From an uncultured Candidatus Rokubacteria bacterium (GTDB lineage Bacteria > Methylomirabilota > Methylomirabilia > Rokubacteriales > CSP1-6): a stretch of DNA of 64,000 nt. Positions within the stretch are counted from its first letter, which is position 1, and each line of letters starts with the position of its first letter. The translations under genes and the position numbers were made by a program. Positions 40,248-51,509 of this stretch are shown piece after piece. The DNA lies in the NCBI GenBank assembly GCA_963758635.1, contig CAVWWD010000006.1, positions 1 to 64,000 on the forward strand, given 5' to 3'. A model generated the notes under the pieces. The model did no database searches. It saw only the letters and a program-made list of their open reading frames with translations, and was not told where the DNA came from.

Positions 40248-41142
40248 CTACGGCCAGGGCTCCAGCAGGCGATAGCTCACCTGCCCGAGCGCCAGGAGCC
40301 GCCCCGAGCCCGCGGCGGTGACGTGGACGGTGTTGAAGAGGAGCGCCTCCGCGCGCTCGTGGACGTGGGCGTCGGCCACGACGGGCGTCGCCGCGGTGTC
40401 GGGAAAGCTGACCTGCATGGCGATCGTCGAGCCGCGGATGCCCGGACGCCGCGTCACCATCGACCACGAGGCGGCCACCGCGGCGATGTCCACGATCGAC
40501 GCCACCGCGCCCGCGTGCATGTGTCCCTGCTCGTCCACGTGCGCGGGGCCGCACGGCATCGTCGAGGCGCACGCGCCCGGGCTCCTCGTGCGCGGGCGTC
40601 ATCCCGAGCTTGGCGACGTAGCCGCGGAAGAGCCGGCTCGGCTCGGGGGGACCGGCCGGCGCGGGCGCGGGAAGCGGCGCGTGTCGGGCCGCCCGGCGTG
40701 GGCTGCGCCCGCCGTGGTCGGCGGTGCGGTACGTCACGAGGCCGTGGCAGACCGGCGCGCCGGCGCGCGAGCGCACGTCCACGTCGAGGAAGGCCAGGTC
40801 CCGCCCGCGACGGAGCACGCGCGCGGTGGCCTCCACGTCCTCCCCGGTGGAGGACGCCAGGTACTGCACCGCCAGGTCGACGCACCCCAGGTGGAGGTCG
40901 GCCTCGAGGTCCACGCCCGTCCACGCGGCCAGGGCGCCCGCCATGAGCAGGAGCGACGCGCTGGCGCCGCCGTTCAGCACGCCCACCGCGTTCATGTGCT
41001 CGGCCCGGTAGGGCAAGGCGAGCGTCGCGCGGTCGTGATCGAGCGCCGCGATGGCGACGCCCATGCTCCGAGCGAACGGGTCGCGCGCGAAGCGGGCGGC
41101 CGCCTGCTCGATGCGGGGAGGGTCCGCGCCCGGTGTGGACAT
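40248..41142 (-). CDS. Double hotdog PaaI-family thioesterase; frameshift near 40560
   Basis: Two PaaI repeats: NAVGVLNGGASASL and DEQGHMHAGAVASIVD. Confidence 0.82.
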
Positions 41143-41228
41143 CCCGGCATTCCTATCACACCCGCCGCGCAATCCCGCCGCCCACGCATCCCCACCCCCG
41201 CGTCGGGTGAAACGGGCGCCGGGCCAAA

Positions 41229-41257
41229 TTGACCTTCCCCCGCCCGGCTGGCACGAT
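41229..41257 (+). promoter_or_regulatory. Putative sigma70 promoter of the aminotransferase gene
   Basis: TTGACC, 17 bp, CACGAT with an upstream TG. Confidence 0.4.
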
Positions 41258-41303
41258 GGGCGGAGCCCCCGACGTCGGACCCCCACAAGGAGACGAGGCG
41301 CCC

Positions 41304-42489
41304 ATGAGTGTCGCCAACGGTCGCGAGCAGCTGAACATCCCCGGGCCCACGAACATCCCCGACGCGGTCCTCGGCGCCATGCACCGGCCGGCCATGGACA
41401 TCTACTCCGGCGAGATGCTGGGGATCACGAAGTCGCTCCACGAGGACATGCCGAAGGTGTTCCGGACGTCGGGACGTGTCTACATCTACGCGGCCAACGG
41501 GCACGGCGGCTGGGAGGCGGCGCTGTCCAACGTGCTCTCCCGCGGCGAGACGGCGCTCGTGCTGGAGAGCGGCCTCTTCGCGGCGGGCTGGGGCGACATG
41601 GCGCAGATGATGGGCGTCAAGGTCGAGGTGCTGAAGGGCGACCTGCGGCGCGCGGTGAACCCCGACGCGGTCCGCCAGCGCCTCGAGGCCGACGCGAGCC
41701 ACGAGATCAAGGCCATCCTGGTCGTGCAGATCGACACCGCCTCCGGCGTCGCCAACGACCTGCCCGCGATCCGCCGCGCCATCGACGCGGCCCGGCATCC
41801 CGCGCTCCTCATGGTGGACGCCGTCGCCTCGCTCGGCTGCATGCCGTTCGAGATGGACGCGTGGGGCATCGACGTGGCCATGGCCGGCTCGCAGAAGGGC
41901 CTCATGACGCCGCCCGGCCTCGCCTTCGTCGCCACCAACGAGCGGGGGCACGCCGCCCACCAGAAGGCCGACCTGCGCACGCGCTACTGGGACTGGACGT
42001 TTCGCCAGGGCGAGGCGCACTACCAGAAGTACGGCGGCACGCCGCCGGAGCACCTGCTCTTCGGCGCTCCGGAAGGCGCTCGACCTGCTGCTCGCGGAGG
42101 GGCTCGAGCACGCGGCGCGGCGCCACGCGCTGCTCGCCGAGGCCACCCGCCAGGCGGTGACCCGCTGGGGGGAGGGCGGCGCCCTCGCCATCAACGCCAC
42201 CGAGCCGGGCGAGCGCGCGAACTCGATCACGTGCGTCCTCACGCCGGATCGGAACCCGCAGCCGCTCCTGGACTACTGCCGGCACAAGTGCGGCGTGGTC
42301 CTCGGCATGGGCATCGGGCCGTTCTCGGGCCGCGCGTTCCGGATCGCGCACATGGGCCACGTCAACGCGCCCATGGCGATCGGCGCGCTCGGCGCCATCG
42401 AGATGGGGCTGGCCGCGCTCGGCATCCCGCACGGAGCGGGCGGCGTGCAGCGCGCGGTGGAGTACCTCGGCCGCGAGGTGACCGCCTAG
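41304..42489 (+). CDS. Class V PLP aminotransferase (serine/alanine-glyoxylate type); frameshift near 42067
   Basis: IPGPTNIP, VDAVASL, GSQKGLMTPPG (PLP Lys), FRIAHMG. Confidence 0.9.
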
Positions 42490-42559
42490 GAGCCTCGCAG
42501 AATGCGGTAACCGCCACGGGCCACTACAGTCCCACCGCTCGGCATGAGTCTGATGTGCG

Positions 42560-42609
42560 GGGCTCACCAGGACCGCGCGCCGGGCTCACCAGGTGCCGGG
42601 CCCACCAGG
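42560..42609 (+). repeat. Three 12-bp direct repeats GGGCYCACCAGG immediately before an RBS
   Basis: Copies at 42560, 42582 and 42598. Confidence 0.6.
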
Positions 42610-42622
42610 AAGGAGACGGACG

Positions 42623-43557
42623 ATGGGCAAGGACTCGAAGCAGATTCCCGAGGCGTTCGCGGACACGCTGGTGCTGGTGCTGGACCTCATGGGCTTCGAG
42701 ACCGCGGGCGCGGCCGGCGTCGGCCGCGCGCTGAAGCAGCGCGAGAAGGAAATCGTCAAGGCCGTCAACGAGGCGGTGGACGAGCAGACGAAGAAGCTCT
42801 TCAAGAAGCACTTCCCGTGGAAGCCCGCGCCGGCCGCCGACGCCCTCGGCGCGGCGCAGGCCGTCGGCGAGAAGGCGCTGGAAGAGCTCACGCGGGACGC
42901 CGAGGCGGCCATCACGGCGACGCTGAAGCAGGCCTGGAAGGAATCGCCGCTGGGCATCTGGGTCGACGACAACGAATGGGTGCTCTACATCGTGGTACCC
43001 GTCGTCGTGGTCGGCGGCGCCTTCGGGATGAAGGCGCTCTACGACGCGCGGGTGGGCGATCAGCCCGCGTCGTGGGCCGCCAACATGGCCAACAAGCACC
43101 TGGAGTTCAAGAAGCTGGGCAACCTGACGTTCGGCGCGGCCGACGTGCAGTTCGTCCCGTCGAAGCACCAGGGCGGCGCCAAGCTATTCGCGGCCGCGGA
43201 CTGGAAGCCCATCAAGGTCAAGCTGTCCGTCGGCGGCCTCTTCAAGGAGGACGACTCGCCGGCCGCCAAGGCCACGACCGGCCCGCCGCAGACCATCACG
43301 GGCTGGAACGCGGCGGTGGACCTGACCTACAAGGGCGCCGGCGCCGCCTCCAACCTGGACCTGAGCATCAAGGCGTACGTGCAGCGCACGGACTCGACCA
43401 GACCGTCGGCGGCAGCGCGAGCGCCGGCTACAAGATGAAGATCTGGGAGATGCCGGCGAAGCTGACCGCGGAAGGCAACTGGAAGCGCACGGACACCTAC
43501 GGCGCCGGCGCGGAGAACGCCTACTCCGTCCAGCTCGGCCTGCAGGTGGACTTGTAG
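42623..43557 (+). CDS. Hypothetical protein (helical N-terminus, one TM segment, beta-strand-rich C-terminus); frameshift near 43400
   Basis: RBS AAGGAG; strong GC3 bias; ends YSVQLGLQVDL in the shifted frame. Confidence 0.72.
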
Positions 43558-43584
43558 CGCGTCCCGCGGCGCACGCGGCCGCCC

Positions 43585-44010
43585 CTAGCCCGGGGCGGGC
43601 GGCGTGTGCTGGAAGGGAAGCTTGGCGTAGCGCGCGCGGTCGATCTCGATCACGAGGGCCACGCGTCCCTCGTAGCCGCGCATCGGGAACGGCTTGCCGA
43701 TGTACTTGTGGGACACCGGATCCATGATGGCGAGGTCCGGATCGGGCCGCCGCTCGACCACGCGGCCGCGGAGCTGGAGCTCCTCGTAGGGATCGCGGAA
43801 GTCCACGATCGACAGCGATACGCGCGGATCGCGGCGGGTGTTGCGTCCCTTGAGCGAGCCCTCGCTCGTGCAGACGACGAGCCGGTCGCCCTCGCGCCCC
43901 ACCCACACCGGCACGCTCTGCGGGGAGCCGTCGGGCATCAGCGTGGCGAGGTGGGCGAAGTTCGGGCGGTCGATCAGCGCGCGGGCCTCGGCGGAGAGCG
44001 TCTGCGGCAT
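43585..44010 (-). CDS. Pyridoxamine 5'-phosphate oxidase-like (PPOX class) oxidoreductase
   Basis: AHLATLMPDGSPQSVPVW, KGRNTRRDPRVSLSI. Confidence 0.9.
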   Translation of the reverse strand: MPQTLSAEARALIDRPNFAHLATLMPDGSPQSVPVWVGREGDRLVVCTSEGSLKGRNTRRDPRVSLSIVDFRDPYEELQLRGRVVERRPDPDLAIMDPVSHKYIGKPFPMRGYEGRVALVIEIDRARYAKLPFQHTPPAPG

Positions 44011-44136
44011 GAGTGGGTCCTCCTCCCGTCATGCGTACTGCCGCGCGCCCGTCGCGTCAACCGTTGCGCTCCGTCGCGTGGTAACGTCGCAGAGCGAGCG
44101 CGCGCCGCGGTCGACCGCGCGAGGAGGCTCGGCCGC

Positions 44137-44372
44137 ATGTCCGGTCAGGTCACGCGACGGCAGATGGAAGCCTGGTTGCTCGCGAACGGCTTCCACGCGC
44201 TCCCGGGCGCATGACCGGGCACGTCCAGTTCGCGGGACCGGGCGGCGTCAAGATCACGCTGCCCGGCCACGGCCCGCAGGACCTCACGAAGAAGCACGTC
44301 GCGCTCATCGTTCGCGCGCTCGCCGCGGCGGGGTTCGACCGCGCGCGCGTCCGCGGCGAGCTGGGCGCGTGA
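44137..44372 (+). CDS. HicA-like mRNA interferase toxin; frameshift near 44210
   Basis: RRQMEAWLLANGF..TGHVQF..KITLPGHGPQDLTKKHVALIVR: HicA G-H and P-x-H motifs; RBS GAGGAGG; absent from the ORF track as a single ORF. Confidence 0.7.
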
Positions 44373-44387
44373 GCCCGCGGCGCGTTC

Positions 44388-45230
44388 TCAGCGCCGGTTG
44401 AACCGCCACCGCTCGAAGCGGTACCCCGGATCAGCGGGCGTCCGGCCCTCGCCGATGAGCTCCGCGTCCTCGACGGGCAGGACACGCCGGATGTCCTGAT
44501 GCGCGTCCCGGTCGATCTCGACGTCGGTCCGGGTGACGAACAGCTCGTCCAGGAGCCCCGCGGCCCGCAGCGCCTCGAGCGTGACCATGCCGCCCTCGCA
44601 ATCCAGATGACGCACACCGTGCTCGGCGAGGAGACGCTCGTGCGCCCGAACGAGCCCGGCCGGCGTCCACCCGCTCCTCGCCCGCTTGCAGGACGTGGAC
44701 GCCGCGCGCCTCGCTGCCGCGAGCGCCGAGGGCATGCGCGCCGGCGAAGGTGGTCACGACGATCGCCCGCAGGCCGGGCGTGTTGAACATCGGAAGTCCG
44801 AGGTCGAGGGCGCCGGACCCGGAGTAGAGGACGTGAATCGGAAAGCGCGGGCGGCCCTGCCCGTCCCGGAACCGACGGAGCGCCGCGTCCAGCTCGCCGC
44901 CAACGTCGTCGGCGGCGCCCACCAGGTCTGGCTGGTCACGGAGCGTCTGCGCGCCGAACGCCACCGCGTCCGCGCACGCGCGGAGCTGCCGCATGAGCCA
45001 GAGGTCGGCACGCCGGCCCGGTCGCGTGAAGTCCCCGCCCGCGATGGCGCGGACGGGGTCGTCGTCCGGGCCGGCCCGCCGCCACGTCACGACCCCGTTC
45101 GCCGAGGCGATCACGTTCCCGTAGATCCAGGGACGCGCCGTCCCGGCGGCGGGAGGCCGATGGGCGAAAGACGCGCGGGGTCCGGCGACACCGCGCCCGC
45201 GGTCTCGACAAGCCAGCGCCAGCGGATCAC
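44388..45230 (-). CDS. RibD C-terminal/dihydrofolate reductase-like protein; frameshifts near 45155 and 44670
   Basis: RPWIYGNVIASANG, LRACADAVAFGAQTLR, CEGG, GLLDELFVT. Confidence 0.78.
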
Positions 45231-45251
45231 CGGGCCGGGCCAGCCGGCGGA

Positions 45252-46616
45252 TCAGGCGATCCAGACCGTCTTGATGTTCACGAACTCCCGGATGCCGTAC
45301 TCGGAGAGCTCGCGGCCATAGCCCGAGCGCTTGATCCCGCCGAACGGCAGCCGCGGGTCCGACTTCACGAGCCCGTTGACGAACACCGAGCCCGCCTCGA
45401 TGCGCGCGGCCAGCCGCTCGGCCCGCTCGCGGTTGCCCGTCCAGAGCGACGCGCCGAGGCCGAACTGCGAGTCGTTGGCCAGGTGGATGGCGTCCGCCTC
45501 GTCCTTGGCCCGGATCACCGCGGCCACGGGGCCGAACGTCTCCTCGTCGAACGCGGGCATGCCGCGCTCGACGGCGGCGAGGAGCGTGGGCGGGTAGAAG
45601 GCGCCGGGCCCGGCGGGGATCTCGCCGCCCAGCAGGAGCTTCGCCCCGCGACGGAGCGACTCCTCCACCTGCTGGTGGAGCTCGTCACGCAGGTCGTGAC
45701 GCGCCTGCGGGCCGACGTCGGTGTCGCGCGACAGCGGGTCGCCCATGCGCCGCTTCCGGAGCTCGCCGGCGAACAGCTCGAGGAAGCGCTCCGCGATCGG
45801 CTCCACGGCGATGAAGCGCTTGGCCGCGATGCAGCTCTGGCCGCCGTTCACGAGCCGGGCGTCCGCGGCCACGCGCGCCGCCGCGTCAAGGTCGGCGTCC
45901 TCGAGCACGATGAACGGATCGCTTCCGCCCAGCTCCAGGACCGTCTTCTTCAGCTCGCGGCCGGCCTGCTCGCCCACCTGGCGGCCGGCGAGATCGCTGC
46001 CGGTGAGGGTCACCGCGGCCACGCGCGGATGCGCGATGAGCGGGGCCACGCCGGCGGACGTCACCAGCGCGGTCCGGAACAGCTCCCGCGGGAAGCCGGC
46101 GTCGCGCAGCACCTCCTCGATCTGGAGCGCGCAGCGCGGCACGTTCGACGCGTGCTTGAGCACCGCGCCGTTGCCGGCCATCAGCGCGGGGGCGAGGAAC
46201 CGGAAGACCTGCCAGAAGGGGAAGTTCCACGGCATGATGGCGAGGACCACGCCGAGCGGGTCGAATCGCACGTAGCTCCGCGACGCGTCGGTATCGCGCG
46301 GCTGCCCGGCGAGGAAGGCCTCCGCCTGCTCCGCGTAGTACTCGCAGACCCACGCGCACTTGTCGGCCTCGGCCTCGCCCTGGCGGATGGGCTTGCCCAT
46401 CTCCACCGCCATCGTGTGCGCGTACGTCTCGCGCCGCTCGCGCAGCAGGCGCGCCGCCGCGCGCATGGGCTCGGCGCGGTCGTGGAACGACCTCCCACGC
46501 CACTCGAGGAAGGCGCCGTGCACGCCCTCGACCAGGCGCTCGAGGGCCGCCGGCGTCATCGGCTCGAACCTCTCCACCACTTCTCCCGTCGCCGGGTTCA
46601 CGGACTCGATGGCCAT
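45252..46616 (-). CDS. sad: NAD(P)-dependent succinate-semialdehyde dehydrogenase (Sad/GabD1-like)
   Basis: SVNPATGE, MPWNFPFWQ, LKHASN, LELGGSDP, GQSCIAAKR, EETFGP, PFGGIKRSGYGREL. Confidence 0.9.
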   Translation of the reverse strand: MAIESVNPATGEVVERFEPMTPAALERLVEGVHGAFLEWRGRSFHDRAEPMRAAARLLRERRETYAHTMAVEMGKPIRQGEAEADKCAWVCEYYAEQAEAFLAGQPRDTDASRSYVRFDPLGVVLAIMPWNFPFWQVFRFLAPALMAGNGAVLKHASNVPRCALQIEEVLRDAGFPRELFRTALVTSAGVAPLIAHPRVAAVTLTGSDLAGRQVGEQAGRELKKTVLELGGSDPFIVLEDADLDAAARVAADARLVNGGQSCIAAKRFIAVEPIAERFLELFAGELRKRRMGDPLSRDTDVGPQARHDLRDELHQQVEESLRRGAKLLLGGEIPAGPGAFYPPTLLAAVERGMPAFDEETFGPVAAVIRAKDEADAIHLANDSQFGLGASLWTGNRERAERLAARIEAGSVFVNGLVKSDPRLPFGGIKRSGYGRELSEYGIREFVNIKTVWIA

Positions 46617-46686
46617 CGTGTCCTCCTGTCGACTGTCGTGGGTTACCGGCTGTCGTGGGTTGCGGCTGTCGCGCGCTCTCGGTCCG

Positions 46687-48058
46687 TCACGGCAATGCTC
46701 CCCCCGAACCCTCACGACGGCAAGGCCCAGCGACGACGCGGTCGAGGAGCTGGAAGGTGTCGCGGGCGAGCTGCTCGCGCGTGTGGCGTCGCCGCCACGC
46801 CTCGATCGCGCCCGGCCGCCTGGCGGCCGCCTCCCCGCGGGCGATCGACTCCAGTGCCGCCTCGAGCGCGCGGGGATCCCCGCGCGGCACGACGAGCCCG
46901 GCGCCGATCTCCCGGACGAGCGCCCCCGTCTCGCCGCCATCCGCGAACAGCAGCACGGGGCGGCCCGCCCCGATGTACTCGTAGAGCTTGCTCGGGATGT
47001 AGCGCGCCATCTCCGCGTTGTCGTTGAGGAGGAGCAGCGCGGCGCTGTCCCGCATGATCGCGGAGGCGACGGGCTTCGGCACGAGGTCGACCACGTCGAG
47101 CACGTCGCGATGGGGAAACGCCTGCAGCTCGCGCAGCGTCTCGGGCGACCGCTGTCCGACGAACCGCACTTTGAGGCAGCCTCGCGAGATCGGGGCGCCG
47201 CTCGACGACCGCGCGGAGGGAGGCGAGGAACGCCGTCGGCGGCGTCCACGACCCGAGGGCGCCCACGTACGAGACCGTGAGGGGACGGGACCCATCGGAG
47301 GGCCCGGCCGGGCCGCCGGCCGCCTCGGCCTCGTCACCGTCCCATCCGTTCGGAATCACGTGGCAGCGCGCGGCGTCGAGCTCGGGGAACACGCGGAGCT
47401 GGTGGTCGCGCTGCGAGGCCGTGGTGAACACCACGGCGTCGGCGGCCCGCAGGCACCGCCGCTCCCACCATCGATCGGCGCGGCCGTGGGTGACGAAGTC
47501 GAACGGACACTCCGTCCACTCGTCGCGGTACTCGAGGACGAGCTTGCAGCCGAGGGCCCGCGCGAGCAGACGCGCGCCCGGGAACGTCTGGAAGCTCGGG
47601 CCGGTCGCGAGCACCACGGCGGGCCGGGCCTCCGCCGCCACGCGCCGGCCGGTCTCGAAGGCGGCGAGGCCGTGCAGCAGCGAGCCGTCGATGCGCGGGA
47701 ACAGCCGCCCGGGCGTGAGCCGAGGCTCGGGGTAGCGCTCCACGCGCGTGTCCGGCGGCACGGCCGCGGCGAGATATGCGCCCGCCTCGGTGGCCGGAGG
47801 GGACGGCCCGGTGACGACCGTCACGTCCCAGCCCGCGGCGGGTCCGTGGCGGACGAGCGCGAGCACGCGGTAGGTGCCGGCGGCGACCCGCGGCGGGAAG
47901 AGCGCGGAGAGGACCATGAGCTGCCGCCCGCCTTCCTCCCCGCCCGGCCGGCCGGCGGCGGCGCGCGCGACGACCTCGGCGGCCAGCCAGCGCGCGTGGG
48001 CACGCAGGCCGTCCCGGGTCCGGCGAGCGCCGATGCGGAGCCGCATCAATCCCGTCAC
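46687..48058 (-). CDS. GT4-family (GT-B) glycosyltransferase; frameshift near 47185
   Basis: FPP, LEYRDEW, VIPNGWD, YVGAL, PSKLYEYIGAGRPVL. Confidence 0.85.
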
Positions 48059-48079
48059 GTTCTGTAGTATCTACGAATC

Positions 48080-50299
48080 GTGAGTGTCGTCCCGAGCCGC
48101 TCCGACCGGATCGAGGCGCTCGCCGCCCTCGAGCGCGAGCTGATCGCCGAGCTGGACCGCGACCGGCTGCTGCGGCTGGTCCTGGGGCGGCTGGCCACGC
48201 TCTTCTCCGGCGCCGCGGCGGGTCACCTGCGGTCCGGCGACCGGCTCCTCCCCTGGCTCCAGACCGACGCCGACGCGCTCCGGGTGGAGCTGGCCTTCGG
48301 CGAGGGCGTCACCGGCCGGTGCGCCGAGCGGGGGCAGGGCCTGCTCGTCAACGACTACTCCGCCTGGCCTCACGCGGTGCCGGCGGCGGTGACGCGCGGC
48401 CTGCGCCACGTGATGAGCCAGCCCTTGCTCGTGCGCGACGAGCTGATCGGCGCGATCACGGTGGCCCGCGTCGGCGCCGGCGCGGCGCCCTTCGCCGAGG
48501 ACGACCTATCCGTGCTCGGTCTCGTCGCCGTGCCCGTCGCGCTCGCCCTGCGCAACGCCACGCTCTACGAGGACGCGCAGGCCCGGCGGCGCGAGGCCGA
48601 GGAGCTGGCCCGCGTCGCCCGCACCCTGACCGGGATCCTCGACGTGGCCGCGGTGGGGGCGCAGGTCGTCGACAGCGTCGTGGCCCTCTTCGGCTGCGCC
48701 GCCGCCGGCGTCGGCCTGCTCCGGCCCGACCACTCGCTGGCGCCGCTCGCCCTCGGCGGGCCGGCCGTGACGCGCCTGCCCCCCGGCCTCTCCGTCGACA
48801 CCAGCATCGGCCTCATCGGCCGCGCCCTCGAGGAGGAGCGCACCTGCTGGTCGACGGACGTGCTCGAGGATCACAGCTTCACCATGAGCGCGGAGCGCCG
48901 CCGCATCCTGACGGAGGCGGGCATCCGCGCCGCGCTCTGCACGCCGCTCCGCCACCGGGGCCGCTCGATCGGCATCCTCCTCCTGGGCTTCCCGGAGCGC
49001 CGGACCTTCTCCGAAGCCGAGACGGCCCTTGCCCAGGCCTTCGCCGACCAGGCCGCGGTGGCCCTCGCCAACGCGCAGCTCCACGAGGAGGCGGGCCGCC
49101 GACGCCAGGAAGCCGAGTTCGCGGCGCGGATCGCGCGCACGCTGAACTCGTCGCTCGACCTGGGCGTGGTGCTGCAGCGGGTCGTCGAGGGCGCCCGCGA
49201 GCTCTGCCGGAGCGACATGGCGCGCATCGCGCTGGCCGATCCGGAGTCGGGCGAGATGGTCTTCCGCTACTGGGTCAACGCGCGCTTCGAGGGCTACCGA
49301 TCCATCCGCGTGACGCCGGGCCGCGGGCTCGGCGGGCGTGTCCTCCTCACCCGCCAGTCCTTCCGCACCGACAACTGGCTCCTCGATCCCCGCTTCTCGA
49401 AGGAGACCCTGCCGGTGATCGAGGCGGAGGGGATCGTCACCCAGATGGCGGCGCCGATCCGGAGCGGTGACCGCGTGGAAGGACTGCTCTACGTCGACAA
49501 CCGGTCGCCGCGGGCCTTCACCGACCGGGACGAGGCCGTGCTGATGGGCCTGGCCGACACCGCGGCCATCGCCATCAGGAACGCCCAGATCTTCCAGGCG
49601 GCGCAGACCACGGGCGCGCGCCTGCAGACGCTGTCGGGACGCCTGCTCAACGTCCAGGAGGCCGAGCGCCGTCACCTCGCCCGCGAGCTCCACGACGAGG
49701 TAGGGCAGGCGCTCACCGCGGTGCGGATCAACCTGCTCATGCTTCGGCGCGACGTCGCGCCCGGCGCGGCCGCGCATCGCCTCGACGACTGCCTCGCCGT
49801 GGTGGACCGCGTTCTCGGCGCCGTGCGCCAGCTCTCGCTCGACCTCCGCCCCTCGATGCTCGACGACCTCGGGCTGGCGTCCGCCGTCCGCTGGTACGTC
49901 GACGCCCAGGCGCAGCGTACCGGGCTCGCGGCCAGCGTGACCGTGGACGGGCTCGACCACGAGCCCGCGCCCGACCTGGCCATCACGTGCTTCCGCGTCG
50001 TCCAGGAGGCGGTCACGAACGTGGTGCGCCACGCGCGGGCGCGCCGGGTGGAGGTGGCGCTGATCGAGCGGGACGGCGCGCTGGAGCTAGTCGTGCGTGA
50101 CGACGGCGTGGGGTTCGACGTGGCCGCGGCCCGCGGCCGCGCCGCGCGGGGTGAGAGCCTGGGTCTCCTCGGTCTCGAGGAGCGCGTCGAGCTCGCGGGC
50201 GGGCAGGTCATCATGAGCTCCTCGCCGTCGGGCACGGAGATCCGCGCGCGCTTTCCGGCCGCGGGCCGGCCGACCACGCCGGAGGCGGGGCGCCCATGA
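48080..50299 (+). CDS. Cytoplasmic triple-GAF sensor histidine kinase (HisKA_3)
   Basis: Three GAF repeats; ERRHLARELHDEVGQ, QEAVTNVVRHA, DDGVGFD, GLLGLEER. Confidence 0.93.
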   Translation: MSVVPSRSDRIEALAALERELIAELDRDRLLRLVLGRLATLFSGAAAGHLRSGDRLLPWLQTDADALRVELAFGEGVTGRCAERGQGLLVNDYSAWPHAVPAAVTRGLRHVMSQPLLVRDELIGAITVARVGAGAAPFAEDDLSVLGLVAVPVALALRNATLYEDAQARRREAEELARVARTLTGILDVAAVGAQVVDSVVALFGCAAAGVGLLRPDHSLAPLALGGPAVTRLPPGLSVDTSIGLIGRALEEERTCWSTDVLEDHSFTMSAERRRILTEAGIRAALCTPLRHRGRSIGILLLGFPERRTFSEAETALAQAFADQAAVALANAQLHEEAGRRRQEAEFAARIARTLNSSLDLGVVLQRVVEGARELCRSDMARIALADPESGEMVFRYWVNARFEGYRSIRVTPGRGLGGRVLLTRQSFRTDNWLLDPRFSKETLPVIEAEGIVTQMAAPIRSGDRVEGLLYVDNRSPRAFTDRDEAVLMGLADTAAIAIRNAQIFQAAQTTGARLQTLSGRLLNVQEAERRHLARELHDEVGQALTAVRINLLMLRRDVAPGAAAHRLDDCLAVVDRVLGAVRQLSLDLRPSMLDDLGLASAVRWYVDAQAQRTGLAASVTVDGLDHEPAPDLAITCFRVVQEAVTNVVRHARARRVEVALIERDGALELVVRDDGVGFDVAAARGRAARGESLGLLGLEERVELAGGQVIMSSSPSGTEIRARFPAAGRPTTPEAGRP

Positions 50300-50946
50300 C
50301 AACCCGCGTCCTGCTCGCCGACGACCACGCGCTGGTGCGCGCGGGCGTGCGCTCCCTCCTCGCGACGGTGACCGGCATCGAGGTGGTCGCCGAGGCGGCC
50401 ACCGGCGCCGAGGCGGTCGCCCTGGTCGACCAGCTGCGTCCCGACGTGGTGCTCATGGACATCGCGATGCCGGGCGGCAACGGCCTCGACGCCGCCGCGC
50501 GCATCGTCAAGGAGCATCCCGAGACCCGCGTGATCATGCTCTCGATGCACGCGAGCGAGGAGTATGCGCTGCAGGCGCTGCGCGCCGGGGCCACCGGATA
50601 CCTCCTCAAGGACGCCGACCTCCTCGAGCTCGAGCAGGCCATCGCGGAGGTGGCGCGCGGCGAGACCTACCTGAGCCCGGCCATCTCGCGGCACGTGATC
50701 GCCGACTACCGTCGTCGGGTCACGGCGCAGCCGGAGCCCGCCGACCGGCTCACGCCACGCCAGCGCGAGGTCCTGCGCCTCATCGCCGAGGGCCTCTCCA
50801 CCAAGGAGATCGCGTTCCGGCTCAAGCTGTCGATCAAGACCATCGAGACCCACCGCGCGCAGATCATGGAGCGCCTGGAGATCCGCGATGTTGCGGGCCT
50901 CGTCCGGTTCGCCGTCCGCACCGGGCTGATCGACCCCGGCGCCTGA
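50296..50946 (+). CDS. NarL/LuxR-family response regulator
   Basis: LADDH, LMDIAMP, YLLK, LTPRQREVL..KTIETHR. Confidence 0.95.
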   Translation: MTTRVLLADDHALVRAGVRSLLATVTGIEVVAEAATGAEAVALVDQLRPDVVLMDIAMPGGNGLDAAARIVKEHPETRVIMLSMHASEEYALQALRAGATGYLLKDADLLELEQAIAEVARGETYLSPAISRHVIADYRRRVTAQPEPADRLTPRQREVLRLIAEGLSTKEIAFRLKLSIKTIETHRAQIMERLEIRDVAGLVRFAVRTGLIDPGA

Positions 50947-51087
50947 TTCCTCCTCGGGGGCGGCCGCCGCCCCCCGCGGCCCTCGGGCCTGCCCTGAGGC
51001 CCGCCCTCAGGAACCCCCCGACTAGGCCGGCTCCCTGGGTGTCCGTAGTCTCGAATTGTCCCCCGCGACCGCGCCGGACAGCGAGCC

Positions 51088-51450
51088 ATGGCGAACACAC
51101 GCATCCTCATCGTCGACGACAGCAGCGACTTCCTCAAGTCGGTCTCGCTGCTGCTCGGCGCCGCGCCTGGCGTGGTGGTGGTGGGCACCGCGCGCTCCGG
51201 CGAGGAGGCGCTCGTCGAGGTGGAGCGCCTCCTGCCCGACCTGGTCCTCATGGACATCGCGATGCCGGGCATGGGCGGCATCGAGGCCACGCGCCGGATC
51301 AAGGCGCGCGCCCGCCCGCCTCGGCTCCTCCTGCTCACCATGCACGACAGCGGCGAGTACCGGCGGGCCGGCGAGCACGTCGGCGCCGACGGCTTCCTCT
51401 CGAAGCTCGACTTCACGACGGCCATCTCCGCGATGTTGCCTCGCCCCTGA
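51088..51450 (+). CDS. Stand-alone receiver domain protein
   Basis: IVDD, LMDIAMP, LT, FLSK. Confidence 0.88.
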   Translation: MANTRILIVDDSSDFLKSVSLLLGAAPGVVVVGTARSGEEALVEVERLLPDLVLMDIAMPGMGGIEATRRIKARARPPRLLLLTMHDSGEYRRAGEHVGADGFLSKLDFTTAISAMLPRP

Positions 51451-51509
51451 GGGCGAGGCCGCCGTTCCGGACGGCCCCGGCCGAGACATCCCGAAGGAGG
51501 CGAAAGCGT

